DNA of 64,000 nucleotides from a virus (taxonomy: Duplodnaviria > Caudoviricetes). The stretch spans positions 1,641 to 65,640 of IMG/VR virus record IMGVR_UViG_3300020452_000320; one strand, 5' to 3'. Made by a program: the position numbers and the translations under genes. The notes beneath the pieces were generated by a model. The model saw nothing but the letters and a program-made list of their open reading frames with translations, had not been told where the DNA came from and did no database searches. The stretch's first letter is position 1. Each line of letters opens with the position of its first letter. This document shows, one piece after another, positions 27,303 to 37,635 of the stretch.

Positions 27303-27950
27303 TTACAAACTTTTAAAAAATTTCGCTAACGCAAGAGCGTCTACATTTGCCCTTCGTGAACGAGTATCTCTTTCGATTCCTTCTTTTATTTCCGCTATCT
27401 CAACTTCTTTGAGTATGCCATTTGACCATACCCATTCTTTGCCTTCCATAATACCTTCAACAAAGGCTTGAGGCGCAGATGGGTCTGCAACTATATCGGC
27501 TGCAGTAGCCAAGTAGAAGTCATCTTTCACATAATTCGCACCACCTTTAGACTCTAGAGAACCCATGCCTCTTGAAGAAACACCAAGTTTCCCCCCATCT
27601 TTAATAAGTGCTTTCGCAATTTCCCCCATTGGTGTTCCAAGCAATTTTGCTTCACCAACAAAGTTCTTTCCATCAGCTTCAAGTTTAGTTATCATGTGCG
27701 AAACTCTGTCCAAGTTGACAGTTGGGCCCTCTGGGTGTCCGAGCTCACCAAACGCACGACCTTCAGCAACAAATTCTTTGTTATAGCGTTTTACTTCTTT
27801 TTGTAAAACAGGCAGAGGATATACTCTACCATTTCTATTCTTCATATCTGCTTGCATAAAGATTCCACGAATCTTCATGTTTGTTTTTCCGTCCTCTTTC
27901 TCTTCTACAATATACTCTACTTCTTGGATTGATTCTGCAATAAGTTTCAT
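27303..27950 (-). CDS. gp21: Prohead protease (T4 gp21)
   Basis: NRNGRVYP, GELGHP, GVSSRGMGSL, ADIVADPSAP. Confidence 0.96.
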   Translation of the reverse strand: MKLIAESIQEVEYIVEEKEDGKTNMKIRGIFMQADMKNRNGRVYPLPVLQKEVKRYNKEFVAEGRAFGELGHPEGPTVNLDRVSHMITKLEADGKNFVGEAKLLGTPMGEIAKALIKDGGKLGVSSRGMGSLESKGGANYVKDDFYLATAADIVADPSAPQAFVEGIMEGKEWVWSNGILKEVEIAEIKEGIERDTRSRRANVDALALAKFFKSL

Positions 27951-27959
27951 GTTTATCTC

Positions 27960-28199
27960 CTAAAACCCAGAAGCGACTACAGGTGTTCCTTCACCAGAAC
28001 CAGCACGCAATCCTTCACCAACACCTAAAGTAATTATTCTTCCACCAGCTGGAAGTTTTATTACTCCAACATCTCCATCATCAGCTGCATTACGAACTGT
28101 TACTGTTACTGCACTTGTATGATATACCCAAACCGCTCCGACAGTTTTGAATTTTGTAGTCGATCCATTTAAACTTTCTGTGGCTCCAATTACTCTCAT
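27960..28199 (-). CDS. Hypothetical protein in the head module
   Basis: 79-aa ORF, in-operon spacing. Confidence 0.65.
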   Translation of the reverse strand: MRVIGATESLNGSTTKFKTVGAVWVYHTSAVTVTVRNAADDGDVGVIKLPAGGRIITLGVGEGLRAGSGEGTPVVASGF

Positions 28200-28211
28200 T
28201 GTTCTATATCC

Positions 28212-28463
28212 CTATACTGTCAAAACTTCTGATTCAAAATAGTCCATTAGTTTCTTCTCTGGTACTTTGAATTTTTTTGCGACATTTGTTATTGTTTTCT
28301 CAAAAGTATTTAGGAAATTTGAAGGTTTTACTTCCATTTCCTTAAAAATTGCGTCAACAGCTTCCTTAACTTTCGGAGAAAGTTTTTTATACTGTTTTGA
28401 CGTTTTGTATTCGTCTTTTTCAGGCAAATTTAACCTAAAATTTTCAAAAGATCTACTCACCAT
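28212..28463 (-). CDS. Hypothetical protein (position of prohead core genes)
   Basis: 83-aa ORF between portal and protease. Confidence 0.65.
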   Translation of the reverse strand: MVSRSFENFRLNLPEKDEYKTSKQYKKLSPKVKEAVDAIFKEMEVKPSNFLNTFEKTITNVAKKFKVPEKKLMDYFESEVLTV

Positions 28464-28629
28464 TTTCTTCTGTATCTGATATGTGATGTTTTACAAATGT
28501 TTTTGCAACATCTTTTCTTTTAGTTTCTAGTGCATCACCAACCTTTGCAGATAAAGCACTTGTAAAGTGTGTTTCTGCTGATAGGTTATCACCACTTGAA
28601 ATTGAATCTACGAAATCTCTTACGCTCAT
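28453..28629 (-). CDS. Small prohead-core-like protein (gp67 position; not in the ORF track)
   Basis: 58 aa MSVRDFVDSISSGDNLSAETHF...KRKDVAKTF...; TAATG overlap with the portal stop. Confidence 0.7.
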   Translation of the reverse strand: MSVRDFVDSISSGDNLSAETHFTSALSAKVGDALETKRKDVAKTFVKHHISDTEENGE

Positions 28630-30152
28630 TATTTTTCTCCTTCTGATGGTTCATTGGTTGCAAACATACCATCTGTGTCTGGATCACCATTTTCTCCACC
28701 TTCTTCATCTTTAATTTGATCTTCTATTTCTTGTATTTCATCATCACTCATTCTAAGTATATGTTTTCTTACATATTCTTTAGAAAAATATGTACCTACA
28801 TATGATTCTATTGTACCTAACATATCTAAACGATTTTGCATAAGTTCTGCATTTTTAAGTTCTGTAAAGTGACCATCTTGTAAGTAATCAAATTGTAATA
28901 ACTCTTTTATTAAAGGCCATTCTTCAACTGCAATTACACCTTTGAGTACAAGTTGTGTTTTTAACATATCATTAAATAAATTAGAAAACTTTTTACGCAA
29001 TCTTTGTACAAACTTTGTAAATTTAAGTTCATCTCTTGTTATGTTATCAGAACGTCCTATTTGAAATCCTGTTTCTTCTGCAAGTCTTGATACAGGCACA
29101 TTTAATGAACGATATAATTTCTTTTGAAAATACTGTATATCATCTATTTCACCAAGATTAGATCCGCCTGGAAGTGTAGTAATCTCTGTACCTCTTCCAC
29201 CTTCTCTTCTTGGTAACCAAAAATCTTCTAACATTGACATATGATTTCTATCGTCACGAATTTCACCAGTTTTTGCGTCATATACTAGTTTGTTTCTATA
29301 ACGATTCATTACGTCTTTTAGATAAGCTTCTGCTTTTACTTTAGGAAGATTTCCTACATCAATGTAAAATATTCTTCTTTCTGGAGCTCTTGATATACGA
29401 TAGATTACTAATGCGTCCTCTATCATACGTAACTGATTTACTGGTTTAATTGCTTTATTTAAATGTGATAATACATTTCCTCTCGTCATATCAATAAGTC
29501 CAGATGGACAATATGATATAGAGTCAGCTGTAAGTTTTACACCAGTAGAAGTACCAGTTGATTGATCTAGTCCTTTATCATTATACAAATAAAAATCTTC
29601 TATTTGTCTAATAACATCTAATCCAGTTCTTTGATCTTTTTCTACTTTTTTATTACGAACTTTTTTAATTTTTCTTGGATCAATATAACGTACTTCTTGA
29701 ATACCTTTTTTCGTATTTTTAGAGTCTATAATTTTATGATAGTATAGTCTACCATCAATATACCATCTTCTGAAGATATCATGTCCTTTTTCGTTAAAAT
29801 CTAAAAGACGTAATACTTCATCAAACTCTTCACGAATTTTATTTTTAATTGTTTGAGAAAGGTTAAGTCTATCTAATGAAAGAGAAACAGATTGTCCTTT
29901 TTCATCAGACACAATAGACTCGTTCACTATATCCTCAATTGCACTATCACATTCTGGTTGTTGTGCAATTGAACGATATCTATTGATTAAATCAAGATCA
30001 CTACGATCTCTCCCAGCTATATCCAAAATAGAAGAATAAAATCCACCACCAGATATATCATAGGAGCCATCATCTGGAGAAGGAGTCGTTATTGAATCCT
30101 TCCCCAAATCTTGTTTCGCTCTTGTTATTCTGAAACCGAAAAGTTCAGCCAT
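28629..30152 (-). CDS. gp20: Portal protein (T4 gp20)
   Basis: FRRWYIDGR, YRISRAPERRIFYIDVGNLPK, MLEDFWLPRREGGRGTEI. Confidence 0.97.
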   Translation of the reverse strand: MAELFGFRITRAKQDLGKDSITTPSPDDGSYDISGGGFYSSILDIAGRDRSDLDLINRYRSIAQQPECDSAIEDIVNESIVSDEKGQSVSLSLDRLNLSQTIKNKIREEFDEVLRLLDFNEKGHDIFRRWYIDGRLYYHKIIDSKNTKKGIQEVRYIDPRKIKKVRNKKVEKDQRTGLDVIRQIEDFYLYNDKGLDQSTGTSTGVKLTADSISYCPSGLIDMTRGNVLSHLNKAIKPVNQLRMIEDALVIYRISRAPERRIFYIDVGNLPKVKAEAYLKDVMNRYRNKLVYDAKTGEIRDDRNHMSMLEDFWLPRREGGRGTEITTLPGGSNLGEIDDIQYFQKKLYRSLNVPVSRLAEETGFQIGRSDNITRDELKFTKFVQRLRKKFSNLFNDMLKTQLVLKGVIAVEEWPLIKELLQFDYLQDGHFTELKNAELMQNRLDMLGTIESYVGTYFSKEYVRKHILRMSDDEIQEIEDQIKDEEGGENGDPDTDGMFATNEPSEGEK

Positions 30153-30200
30153 ACTATAATTCTCCTAGTTAATACCCAACTATTTAGTCGGATAAATTAA

Positions 30201-30725
30201 CTAGATATCACTTGCAGTAAATGAAGTATATCTCCATGTTACATCAAAGGTTTCAATATCACTTACTGTGTCGTATGATAATTCTACTGGTGCAAGAATT
30301 GTTGGCCAACAGTTTCTGATAATATATCTTTTCAGAATATTATCTGCTCTGTCTAACTGTTCAACTCTTAAATCAGCAGTATAATCGGAAACATTTACTA
30401 ATCCAGTATTTGTTTCAAGATCATTTATACCATTCATCCATCTTTCCATTGCATTTCTTACCATAAAATCAGTATCGTTAATGATTGTGGTAGTCCATGT
30501 TTCAAAAGTTCTATCACCAGCAAGAAATAACTGTCTACCTCTAAAGTTTACCGCTACTTCTGGTATCGTTTGTCCAGGCAAAGATGTTGCCTTGACTAAA
30601 AATTGTGTTCTAACTGCATCCAATCCAGTTGTGATAGTTGTGGGCGTTGTCATTACAACTCTGTATTGATTTGCTCTTGCACCACCACCGATAAGGTTGG
30701 ATTTAAAATCGTCTATACTAGCCAT
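30201..30725 (-). CDS. gp19: Tail tube protein (T4 gp19)
   Basis: GGGARANQY, FRGRQLFLAGDRTFETW, VEQLDR. Confidence 0.94.
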   Translation of the reverse strand: MASIDDFKSNLIGGGARANQYRVVMTTPTTITTGLDAVRTQFLVKATSLPGQTIPEVAVNFRGRQLFLAGDRTFETWTTTIINDTDFMVRNAMERWMNGINDLETNTGLVNVSDYTADLRVEQLDRADNILKRYIIRNCWPTILAPVELSYDTVSDIETFDVTWRYTSFTASDI

Positions 30726-30737
30726 CTTTTATCTCCC

Positions 30738-32708
30738 TTATCCGCCTATCTCGCTGAAAGCGACACCAGTTCGCACAGCGATGAAGTTAAGTTGAACAAA
30801 GTTAATTGACCTTGATGGTTTGACAAAGATATCTCCGACAAACTCATTTCTGTCAATCACTTCTCCAGTATTATTTGTTTCGTCTGCGATTACAGAGAAA
30901 TCACTAATACCTCTTCTTCCTTGTACATCTCTCAAGAAAGGTTCTACTAAGTTAACAAACTGAGCTCTTGTGAACGCATCATTGAACTCAAACATTTGAA
31001 ACTTAGCGGCATTTGAAATTGCTTTCTCAAGTACAAGAAACAATCTTCGTACATTAATTCTGTCAAATGCACTAGGTCTTGTTAGAGCAGTTTTATCTCC
31101 AAAAAGAACTGTGCCTTGGCCTGGGAATGTACATACAGGATTTATTCTGTTTTGATAAAGTAAATCTCTTTCTGCTTTTGATGGGTTAAACGCAAGTTTG
31201 GTTGTACCACGAACTCCACCTCTGTTATAACCAGCAGGAGAGAACCATGCGTCAGCAACAAGATCAGTATTTGCAGTAATTCCAGCAATGTCACCATTGA
31301 GTGGAACATATCTGTAAACATCATTATACTTGTCAAACATATACTTGTATCCACTATCGAATACACAGTAAGATGAACTGTTTAGATTACCAAAGAATGT
31401 AGTTACTGCTGTTGTTTTTGCAGAGTTACTTGCACCACCAACAACATCACCACTTCTTGGTGAAATAAACGCAACTGCATCTTTTCTTGATTCTGCAAGT
31501 GCAACCACATTTTGTCCATGAGTAATACCATCTGCACCAGAACCACAAGCACCAGACATGATTAAATCTACTTCGGTTGTATCGTTGTCGAGTAAATCTA
31601 AACTGGTTTTCTTTTCACCTACTGATGGAGTAGCATCTACACCATTGGTTAAAGCAGTATCAATTACTTGTGCGTTATCAGTTGGTTGTACATAAGTAGT
31701 ACCATCAGTTGGTGTACTCTTACCACCATCAGTATTAATAGAACTATGATGACTACCCCAATATACATGCTTAGAAGTATCATTTAATACATTTACATAA
31801 TAATTAGAACCACCTTGTGGTGTTTTTGCAATTCCACCCTGTGATACAAATCCAAATGTTTCTAATACAGCGGCAGTTCTTTGTCCAGCTGCATCAGCAT
31901 CAAAACCAGTAATTGCACCAGTATGATCATATACAACAATATGCATTTCGTCATTTACATAACCTTTATCTGCAGCCCATGTTGATGTTGCAGGAGCAGA
32001 GTCAAATAAGTCATGAAATTTCCAACGTCTTGTTATTTCTTCATTATCAAGAACAGCTGATGTTAATCCACCACCATTTACTTGATCTGATTGTCTAATA
32101 GTAAGAACATGAGTAGCAATATTTGTTACTTCATATTTTGTAGAGTGACCAGTATCAGCACCAGTAGTTCCATCAAAAGTAATAATATCACCTACGTTGA
32201 ATTTAGTACCATCATCTACTGTAACTGAGGTGTCACCAGCAGATTTTGCACCATTAACACCACCTGTATTAGCAGCATATTTTTGTGAAAACCCATTAGC
32301 GCCTGCACATATTGATACTTTTAATGCATTACCATGAGCACCCATTGTTTTTGCTGTCCAGACACTACCAGCTGCACCAATAGTATCATAGTCTGCTCTA
32401 TTTTTTATATCTAATGCAGATCCAGCGCCTACTGCATTTTTAGCGAGGGCTGCGTCTGCACGAATTACTCTAAGATTACTAGAGTATTGTAAAAAGTTTG
32501 CGGCTGTAAACCAATCTTCATAATTAGTACCATTTGGTTTACCAAAAGTGTTAACCAGCTCTTCCTCTGAATTTATTATAGTAATTTCTTCTACAGGGCC
32601 TTTGGAAAAATGTCCAACCATGACACCTATACCAGAACTTACTGGAGGAACAACATTAGTTTTGTCAACTTCTTTTGTGACCACACCAGGCGAAACTTGA
32701 AAAGCCAT
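30738..32708 (-). CDS. gp18: Tail sheath protein (T4 gp18)
   Basis: SPGVVTKEVD, WFSPAGYNRG, FDRINVRRLF, KPSRSINFVQLNF. Confidence 0.97.
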   Translation of the reverse strand: MAFQVSPGVVTKEVDKTNVVPPVSSGIGVMVGHFSKGPVEEITIINSEEELVNTFGKPNGTNYEDWFTAANFLQYSSNLRVIRADAALAKNAVGAGSALDIKNRADYDTIGAAGSVWTAKTMGAHGNALKVSICAGANGFSQKYAANTGGVNGAKSAGDTSVTVDDGTKFNVGDIITFDGTTGADTGHSTKYEVTNIATHVLTIRQSDQVNGGGLTSAVLDNEEITRRWKFHDLFDSAPATSTWAADKGYVNDEMHIVVYDHTGAITGFDADAAGQRTAAVLETFGFVSQGGIAKTPQGGSNYYVNVLNDTSKHVYWGSHHSSINTDGGKSTPTDGTTYVQPTDNAQVIDTALTNGVDATPSVGEKKTSLDLLDNDTTEVDLIMSGACGSGADGITHGQNVVALAESRKDAVAFISPRSGDVVGGASNSAKTTAVTTFFGNLNSSSYCVFDSGYKYMFDKYNDVYRYVPLNGDIAGITANTDLVADAWFSPAGYNRGGVRGTTKLAFNPSKAERDLLYQNRINPVCTFPGQGTVLFGDKTALTRPSAFDRINVRRLFLVLEKAISNAAKFQMFEFNDAFTRAQFVNLVEPFLRDVQGRRGISDFSVIADETNNTGEVIDRNEFVGDIFVKPSRSINFVQLNFIAVRTGVAFSEIGG

Positions 32709-32752
32709 ATTTTTTTCTCCTTATGATCCATAAAGTTTTAAACTTACAACTA

Positions 32753-32760
32753 TATTTATA
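32753..32760 (-). promoter_or_regulatory. T4 late promoter for gp18
   Basis: TATAAATA. Confidence 0.75.
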
Positions 32761-32815
32761 AAATAAACCTTCTTGACATTATGTTTTATAGGTTAGACTA
32801 CACATAAATAATTAC

Positions 32816-33115
32816 ATGAGTACATTTTATGAAAAATATAAAAAGACTATTAGACAGGTTTCTCAACGAAATTATAGAGCAAGAATAATATGGGTGCATG
32901 AATATCTTGCAGATAAATGTTGTAAATACTGTGGTGAGCCTGAAACTGCGTGTTTAAAGTTCTATCCATTTGATATGCACATTAGACGATTAACCAAAAG
33001 AAAAGGATTAAATCCAAACTCCAGAAGTGAAGTCATGGATCTTATCAAAGAAAGTGAAATTGTTTGTGCAAACTGTTATCTTAAATTAGAAAATGATCTA
33101 ATAGATATTATGTAA
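32816..33115 (+). CDS. Degenerate HNH-like zinc-binding protein
   Basis: CKYCGE...LKFYP...VCANCY; fills the gp17-gp18 gap and abuts the gp17 stop. Confidence 0.7.
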   Translation: MSTFYEKYKKTIRQVSQRNYRARIIWVHEYLADKCCKYCGEPETACLKFYPFDMHIRRLTKRKGLNPNSRSEVMDLIKESEIVCANCYLKLENDLIDIM

Positions 33116-34753
33116 TTACCAATCTGATTCATATGTTCTAACTACAGGTGTCCATCTTGTTCCATATTCGTCAATTTCAACATCATTATTTACACCATCT
33201 AATATAAACCCAAATGGAGCCATATCCTGTTCTAATTGGTTTTGTTGTTCCTTATACATTCTTTCACGAATATCATCATCTGTTAGTTCCTTAAAGTAGG
33301 TTTGTTGTACTAACCAACCAAATAAAACACAACACATAACTAAATCGTCTGTATGTCCATCTTCTGCTTCATATGATTGTCCTTTAAGTATAAATGTAGA
33401 AAACTCTTTTATCAACTCGTAATCATTAATAATAATCTTATCAGTTTCTACTATTTGTTTTAGATTAGAACAACCCATCTTTTTTACTGCCTTAGTTGTT
33501 CTCACACCAAGTTGTGCCTTTCCACCAGAAAATCCACCCCCAACTATTTGGCCAGCTCTACCTCTCATAGATGCCATAATAAGATTTTCATATTCTAAAT
33601 CAAACTGTAGTGCAGTTGCAACTTGTTCTCCTATATCATTTACTTCTACTAACGTATAGGCTTGATTATATGCAAGTGCAACCTCATGTATAATGTTAGG
33701 AAAAAGTAATGGTTTTATCTCATTGTTTCTATACTTTGCAACTATCTTATAGGGTACAGTAGATACATCAAAAACCACAAACGCAGAATAATCATTGTTT
33801 GTTCCTCTAGAAACGTCTGCAATTAAAATATAAGTACTTCCTTTGTTTGGTTTTTCATACATATCTAATCCAGCATTTGTTTTTATAGCATTATGAAACG
33901 CCATTGATTTTATCTTTGCTGGTGCAATAAGTGTATTTGCAGAACCTAAAAACTCACATTCAAACTCTCTACGAAATTGTTCTTCTGAAGTGTTTGCAAT
34001 AGTTTCTTCTCTCCACTTTGCATCACGGCCTGGAACTTCACTCCAATGAACATCTATAATATTATAGGAGTTTCTTTTGTTTTCTGCGTCTACCCAAAGT
34101 TTATAAAATAAATTCATACCATTTGGTGTAGATACGATAATAACTTTAGTTGATTTACCAGATGAAATTGTAGGATAAACAGAACTAAAAAAGTCCTCTG
34201 CAACTGTATTCGGAACAAATGCAAATTCGTCTAGGAATATCATGTTATATGAACCACCACGAACTGCACTAGATGATGTAGATGATGCAACAACTCTAGA
34301 ACCATTCTCTAAATCAAGAGAACCTTTATTCCAAGACATTACACCTTGTTGTAACCATTTTGGTAAATTTTCATATGCGAGTTGCAATCGACCAAGAATA
34401 TCTCTTGCAGTTGAAGCTTTGTTTGCAAGTATCGCTACATTCATATTTGAGTTAAATAAAACATAATATAAAATATAAGAAACAAGTGTTGTAGATTTAC
34501 CACTTTGTCTAGGCATTTTACATATTGTAAAACGATTATTGTGAACTGTGCCAACCATCTCTTTTTGAAATGGAAACATCTTAAAAGGAACTAAACCTTC
34601 ATCTAGCGATACAATTTTAATATAATTACTTATAAAATATAGTGGATCTTTCATACACTTTTGGTATTCAAGAATCTGATCTTTTGTCCATTCTACAGAA
34701 ACATTAGATTTTTTTAATAGAGGATTTCCTAGATAATGATCAAGTTGTGACAT
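33116..34753 (-). CDS. gp17: Terminase large subunit (T4 gp17)
   Basis: PRQSGKST, FLDEFAFV, VSTPNG, ADVSRG, HTDDLVM. Confidence 0.97.
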   Translation of the reverse strand: MSQLDHYLGNPLLKKSNVSVEWTKDQILEYQKCMKDPLYFISNYIKIVSLDEGLVPFKMFPFQKEMVGTVHNNRFTICKMPRQSGKSTTLVSYILYYVLFNSNMNVAILANKASTARDILGRLQLAYENLPKWLQQGVMSWNKGSLDLENGSRVVASSTSSSAVRGGSYNMIFLDEFAFVPNTVAEDFFSSVYPTISSGKSTKVIIVSTPNGMNLFYKLWVDAENKRNSYNIIDVHWSEVPGRDAKWREETIANTSEEQFRREFECEFLGSANTLIAPAKIKSMAFHNAIKTNAGLDMYEKPNKGSTYILIADVSRGTNNDYSAFVVFDVSTVPYKIVAKYRNNEIKPLLFPNIIHEVALAYNQAYTLVEVNDIGEQVATALQFDLEYENLIMASMRGRAGQIVGGGFSGGKAQLGVRTTKAVKKMGCSNLKQIVETDKIIINDYELIKEFSTFILKGQSYEAEDGHTDDLVMCCVLFGWLVQQTYFKELTDDDIRERMYKEQQNQLEQDMAPFGFILDGVNNDVEIDEYGTRWTPVVRTYESDW

Positions 34754-34756
34754 AAG

Positions 34757-35179
34757 TTATCTCTTGTCACCCTTTAACATTTTTTGTAACTCAGCTGTAC
34801 TTCCTACAAATAGTGCGTTAGTTACATTTTTGGGTGCATTACTTGGAATTTCTTTTAACTTTTGCATTTTTAATTGCAAGTCTACAAGTTTTTCATTTAC
34901 TTCTGCAACTTGTTTTATTAAATTACCAGCGACCTCATATGATCTTGGTGTTTCACTTTCTCTTGCAAGATCAAGAATACCTGTAATTGCATCTTGACCT
35001 CTTTCTATTAAATTATAAAAGTTTTCTCTTTGATACTTATAGTCATTATCAATATCTTCATCATTTAGTTTTGTTTCTGGAACAACTATATCTTTTGGTG
35101 GAGTTACATCTTTTGTTGAGTTTTCAACAACGTCTGTTATTCCTAAAACATTATCTAGAATATCGGATTGTGTTTTCAT
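34757..35179 (-). CDS. gp16: Terminase small subunit (T4 gp16)
   Basis: PRSYEVAGNLIK, NALFVGSTAELQKML. Confidence 0.9.
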   Translation of the reverse strand: MKTQSDILDNVLGITDVVENSTKDVTPPKDIVVPETKLNDEDIDNDYKYQRENFYNLIERGQDAITGILDLARESETPRSYEVAGNLIKQVAEVNEKLVDLQLKMQKLKEIPSNAPKNVTNALFVGSTAELQKMLKGDKR

Positions 35180-35181
35180 AA

Positions 35182-36015
35182 CTATGCATCATCAGTATCT
35201 GTACCACTTTTCTCATCATAATTCTTTGCGTCTTGGAAAAATGATGTTACTTCATTAAATCCAAAGTTATCCTCATCTGATGGATCAAAAGATGTAGGAG
35301 CTACATTTGATGGATTTGGTGTTACAGAATACCTCTGTTCTCTTTTTGGTGAATTTACTGGAAGGTCTGCATATTGATCTACTTGAACTTTTCTAATAAT
35401 ATTAGATGCAGTTACTGGGCCGTACATATAGTATTTTGCAGTAAATGATAAAGTATAGATAATAGATCTTCTAGATGTAAAAGTACCTTCGTAATCATCT
35501 TCATAACCAACACTATTTAAAATAATTGGTACATCACGAATTATATCCAACTCTGGAACTTCTTTCATAGTTACTGTATAATCTGGTTGAAAGAATGGTA
35601 GTATTTGTTCTACTATCTGTAGTGCGTCATCAGAGTTTTTAGACAAAACATATAGTTCAAAATTTATATTATAAGGTACAGGCATAAAACCAGATTTTAC
35701 TTGATTAGTATCTGTACCATCTGCAACCTTTTTAACTTTAACTGTTTTTTGTAATTTTCTTGCTGGATCATATGCAATACCAGAAATTTCAAAACCAATT
35801 CTTGGTAATGTTACTGCAACTTTTTTATTTAAGTTTGGATCTTCAGTAAGTCTTGATAACCATTTTTGTTTAGGGCCATATGCAAGAGGAACTTTCATAG
35901 ATTGTACTATATTCCCACTTCCATCTTTTTTATGGAGCTGTATAGTATTAAATATTGTTCCGAATGCAACTACCACATTTCGTGTTGAATTATTATAAAA
36001 GTATTGTCCTATCAT
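35182..36015 (-). CDS. gp15: Tail sheath stabilizer/terminator (T4 gp15)
   Basis: VPLAYGPKQKW, LPRIGFE, QIVEQILPFFQP. Confidence 0.93.
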   Translation of the reverse strand: MIGQYFYNNSTRNVVVAFGTIFNTIQLHKKDGSGNIVQSMKVPLAYGPKQKWLSRLTEDPNLNKKVAVTLPRIGFEISGIAYDPARKLQKTVKVKKVADGTDTNQVKSGFMPVPYNINFELYVLSKNSDDALQIVEQILPFFQPDYTVTMKEVPELDIIRDVPIILNSVGYEDDYEGTFTSRRSIIYTLSFTAKYYMYGPVTASNIIRKVQVDQYADLPVNSPKREQRYSVTPNPSNVAPTSFDPSDEDNFGFNEVTSFFQDAKNYDEKSGTDTDDA

Positions 36016-36016
36016 A

Positions 36017-36799
36017 TTATCTCATCCCAGCATCACCAAAAGGATTTCCTTCTGTGAAGTCTAATATATTATCATCTAAAGTTTCAAAAATATCGTTTTG
36101 TGAATTTTCGTCTATTATTGTTAAGTTAAATTCTTCTTGTATTATATAGGAAGGTGATGCACCCTCAACTTCACTTTCCATAATTATAGAACCTGTACCA
36201 GTTGTTGAAGGAAAAAGACGAATTGTTTCTTCTTCTAATGTTATTTGATATGCAAGTTGATCTAAACTATTATCTTTGTCTATATTATCAAGTTCTACAA
36301 TACCAGTATCAATCTTTTCAGAGCCATACTCAAAAGATTTGCATTTTAATTTATATGTGGGTAAATTGTTTACTTGATAGAATGGATCATCATGGTCTAC
36401 AAATGTAATTTCAAATAACTTATTACCTCTTGCCCAATAAATTAAATCGCCCTCATTAGGTCTTAAATTTGTAACCAAGTTATTATCAATCGCAACAAAT
36501 TGTTCCCATCTTCTTCTTGCAACAACAAATGTTGCATCATCTTGAATATCTAAACCAAATTTAGACATGAGTTCTTTTTCTCCCTCATATCCATCATTTG
36601 TTTCTAAATACATTTCAATAACATAAGAAGTTTCAAAAGAAGAACTTAAATCTTCTTCAAAAACAGTATTTGTACCAGCCATTTTTCTTGGAATATAGTA
36701 AACATCTTGACCATAGATTTTTAATTGTTCTATGATAAGATCTTCGTATAGATCTCTTTCTGGTCTTGTTCCTGTATCGAAATATACATTAGTAGGCAT
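36017..36799 (-). CDS. gp14: Neck protein (T4 gp14)
   Basis: GQDVYYIPR, SKFGL, RPNEGDLIY, DFTEGNPFG. Confidence 0.92.
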   Translation of the reverse strand: MPTNVYFDTGTRPERDLYEDLIIEQLKIYGQDVYYIPRKMAGTNTVFEEDLSSSFETSYVIEMYLETNDGYEGEKELMSKFGLDIQDDATFVVARRRWEQFVAIDNNLVTNLRPNEGDLIYWARGNKLFEITFVDHDDPFYQVNNLPTYKLKCKSFEYGSEKIDTGIVELDNIDKDNSLDQLAYQITLEEETIRLFPSTTGTGSIIMESEVEGASPSYIIQEEFNLTIIDENSQNDIFETLDDNILDFTEGNPFGDAGMR

Positions 36800-36802
36800 A
36801 AT

Positions 36803-37618
36803 CTATCCTACCATATATGTTGGGGGTAATTCAAATGCAAGTTGTATTTGTTCTTCTAACTTATTTAATTCTTCTTGTGCTTGTGTATATATTTGTTCAC
36901 CATTCATAGTTACACCACCCAACATTTGCACGCCTTGAAACTTAGATAAGTTTGCACCCCATTGTCTTTTAATTAATTGTGTTGCATATTTTTTTAAAAA
37001 TATATCATTCCATATATCTGAATATGTTGCTGGATCTAATTTACGATAACATTCTATAATGATATGTTCATCAGCAGAAATATCTGTTTGAAAGTCCATA
37101 TCCAAATATAATCTATTTTGATGTTGATTGTGTCTTATAGGAACTTCACCTATTAAAACATGATCTAAAAAATCTAAATGTTTCATTGTCATTTCATAGT
37201 GTATAATAGATGTAGAACTAAAATCATATAAATCATTAAGTCTAAGTTGATATTTTAAATCAAACATATTTAAAGCGTGTTTATCTGTCATTGGAAAAAC
37301 TTGTATAATTGACATAATACTAGAAGGAACTGGAATGTAATTTTTTTGTTCTTTCCAAGTCGCAGTTGTTGAGCCATCAATATCTGTTACTTGTGTTAAA
37401 GAATTATCACTTCTTGCTCTTGTTATATCAGCTTCTGTAACTTGATATTTAAGATACATTCTTTCAACACCATCATAGTGATATTGAGAGAAGTATTGTA
37501 ATGCTTCATCTATTCTATCATCTACTTGATCTGGATCAACATTAATTTCAATTACAGGTTTTCCTAGACTTCTAAGACAATAATCTTTAAATGTTGTTCT
37601 TGTTGTTGGTGTTGCCAT
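36803..37618 (-). CDS. gp13: Neck protein (T4 gp13)
   Basis: LGKPVIEINV, IKRQWGANLSKF, GGVTMNG. Confidence 0.93.
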   Translation of the reverse strand: MATPTTRTTFKDYCLRSLGKPVIEINVDPDQVDDRIDEALQYFSQYHYDGVERMYLKYQVTEADITRARSDNSLTQVTDIDGSTTATWKEQKNYIPVPSSIMSIIQVFPMTDKHALNMFDLKYQLRLNDLYDFSSTSIIHYEMTMKHLDFLDHVLIGEVPIRHNQHQNRLYLDMDFQTDISADEHIIIECYRKLDPATYSDIWNDIFLKKYATQLIKRQWGANLSKFQGVQMLGGVTMNGEQIYTQAQEELNKLEEQIQLAFELPPTYMVG

Positions 37619-37635
37619 TTTCTTTCCTCTCTATA

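Noticed and set aside
80-34753. Inteins or introns in gp41, gp43, gp17 or gp20
   Set aside because: The ORFs are continuous, of normal length, and show no splicing motifs
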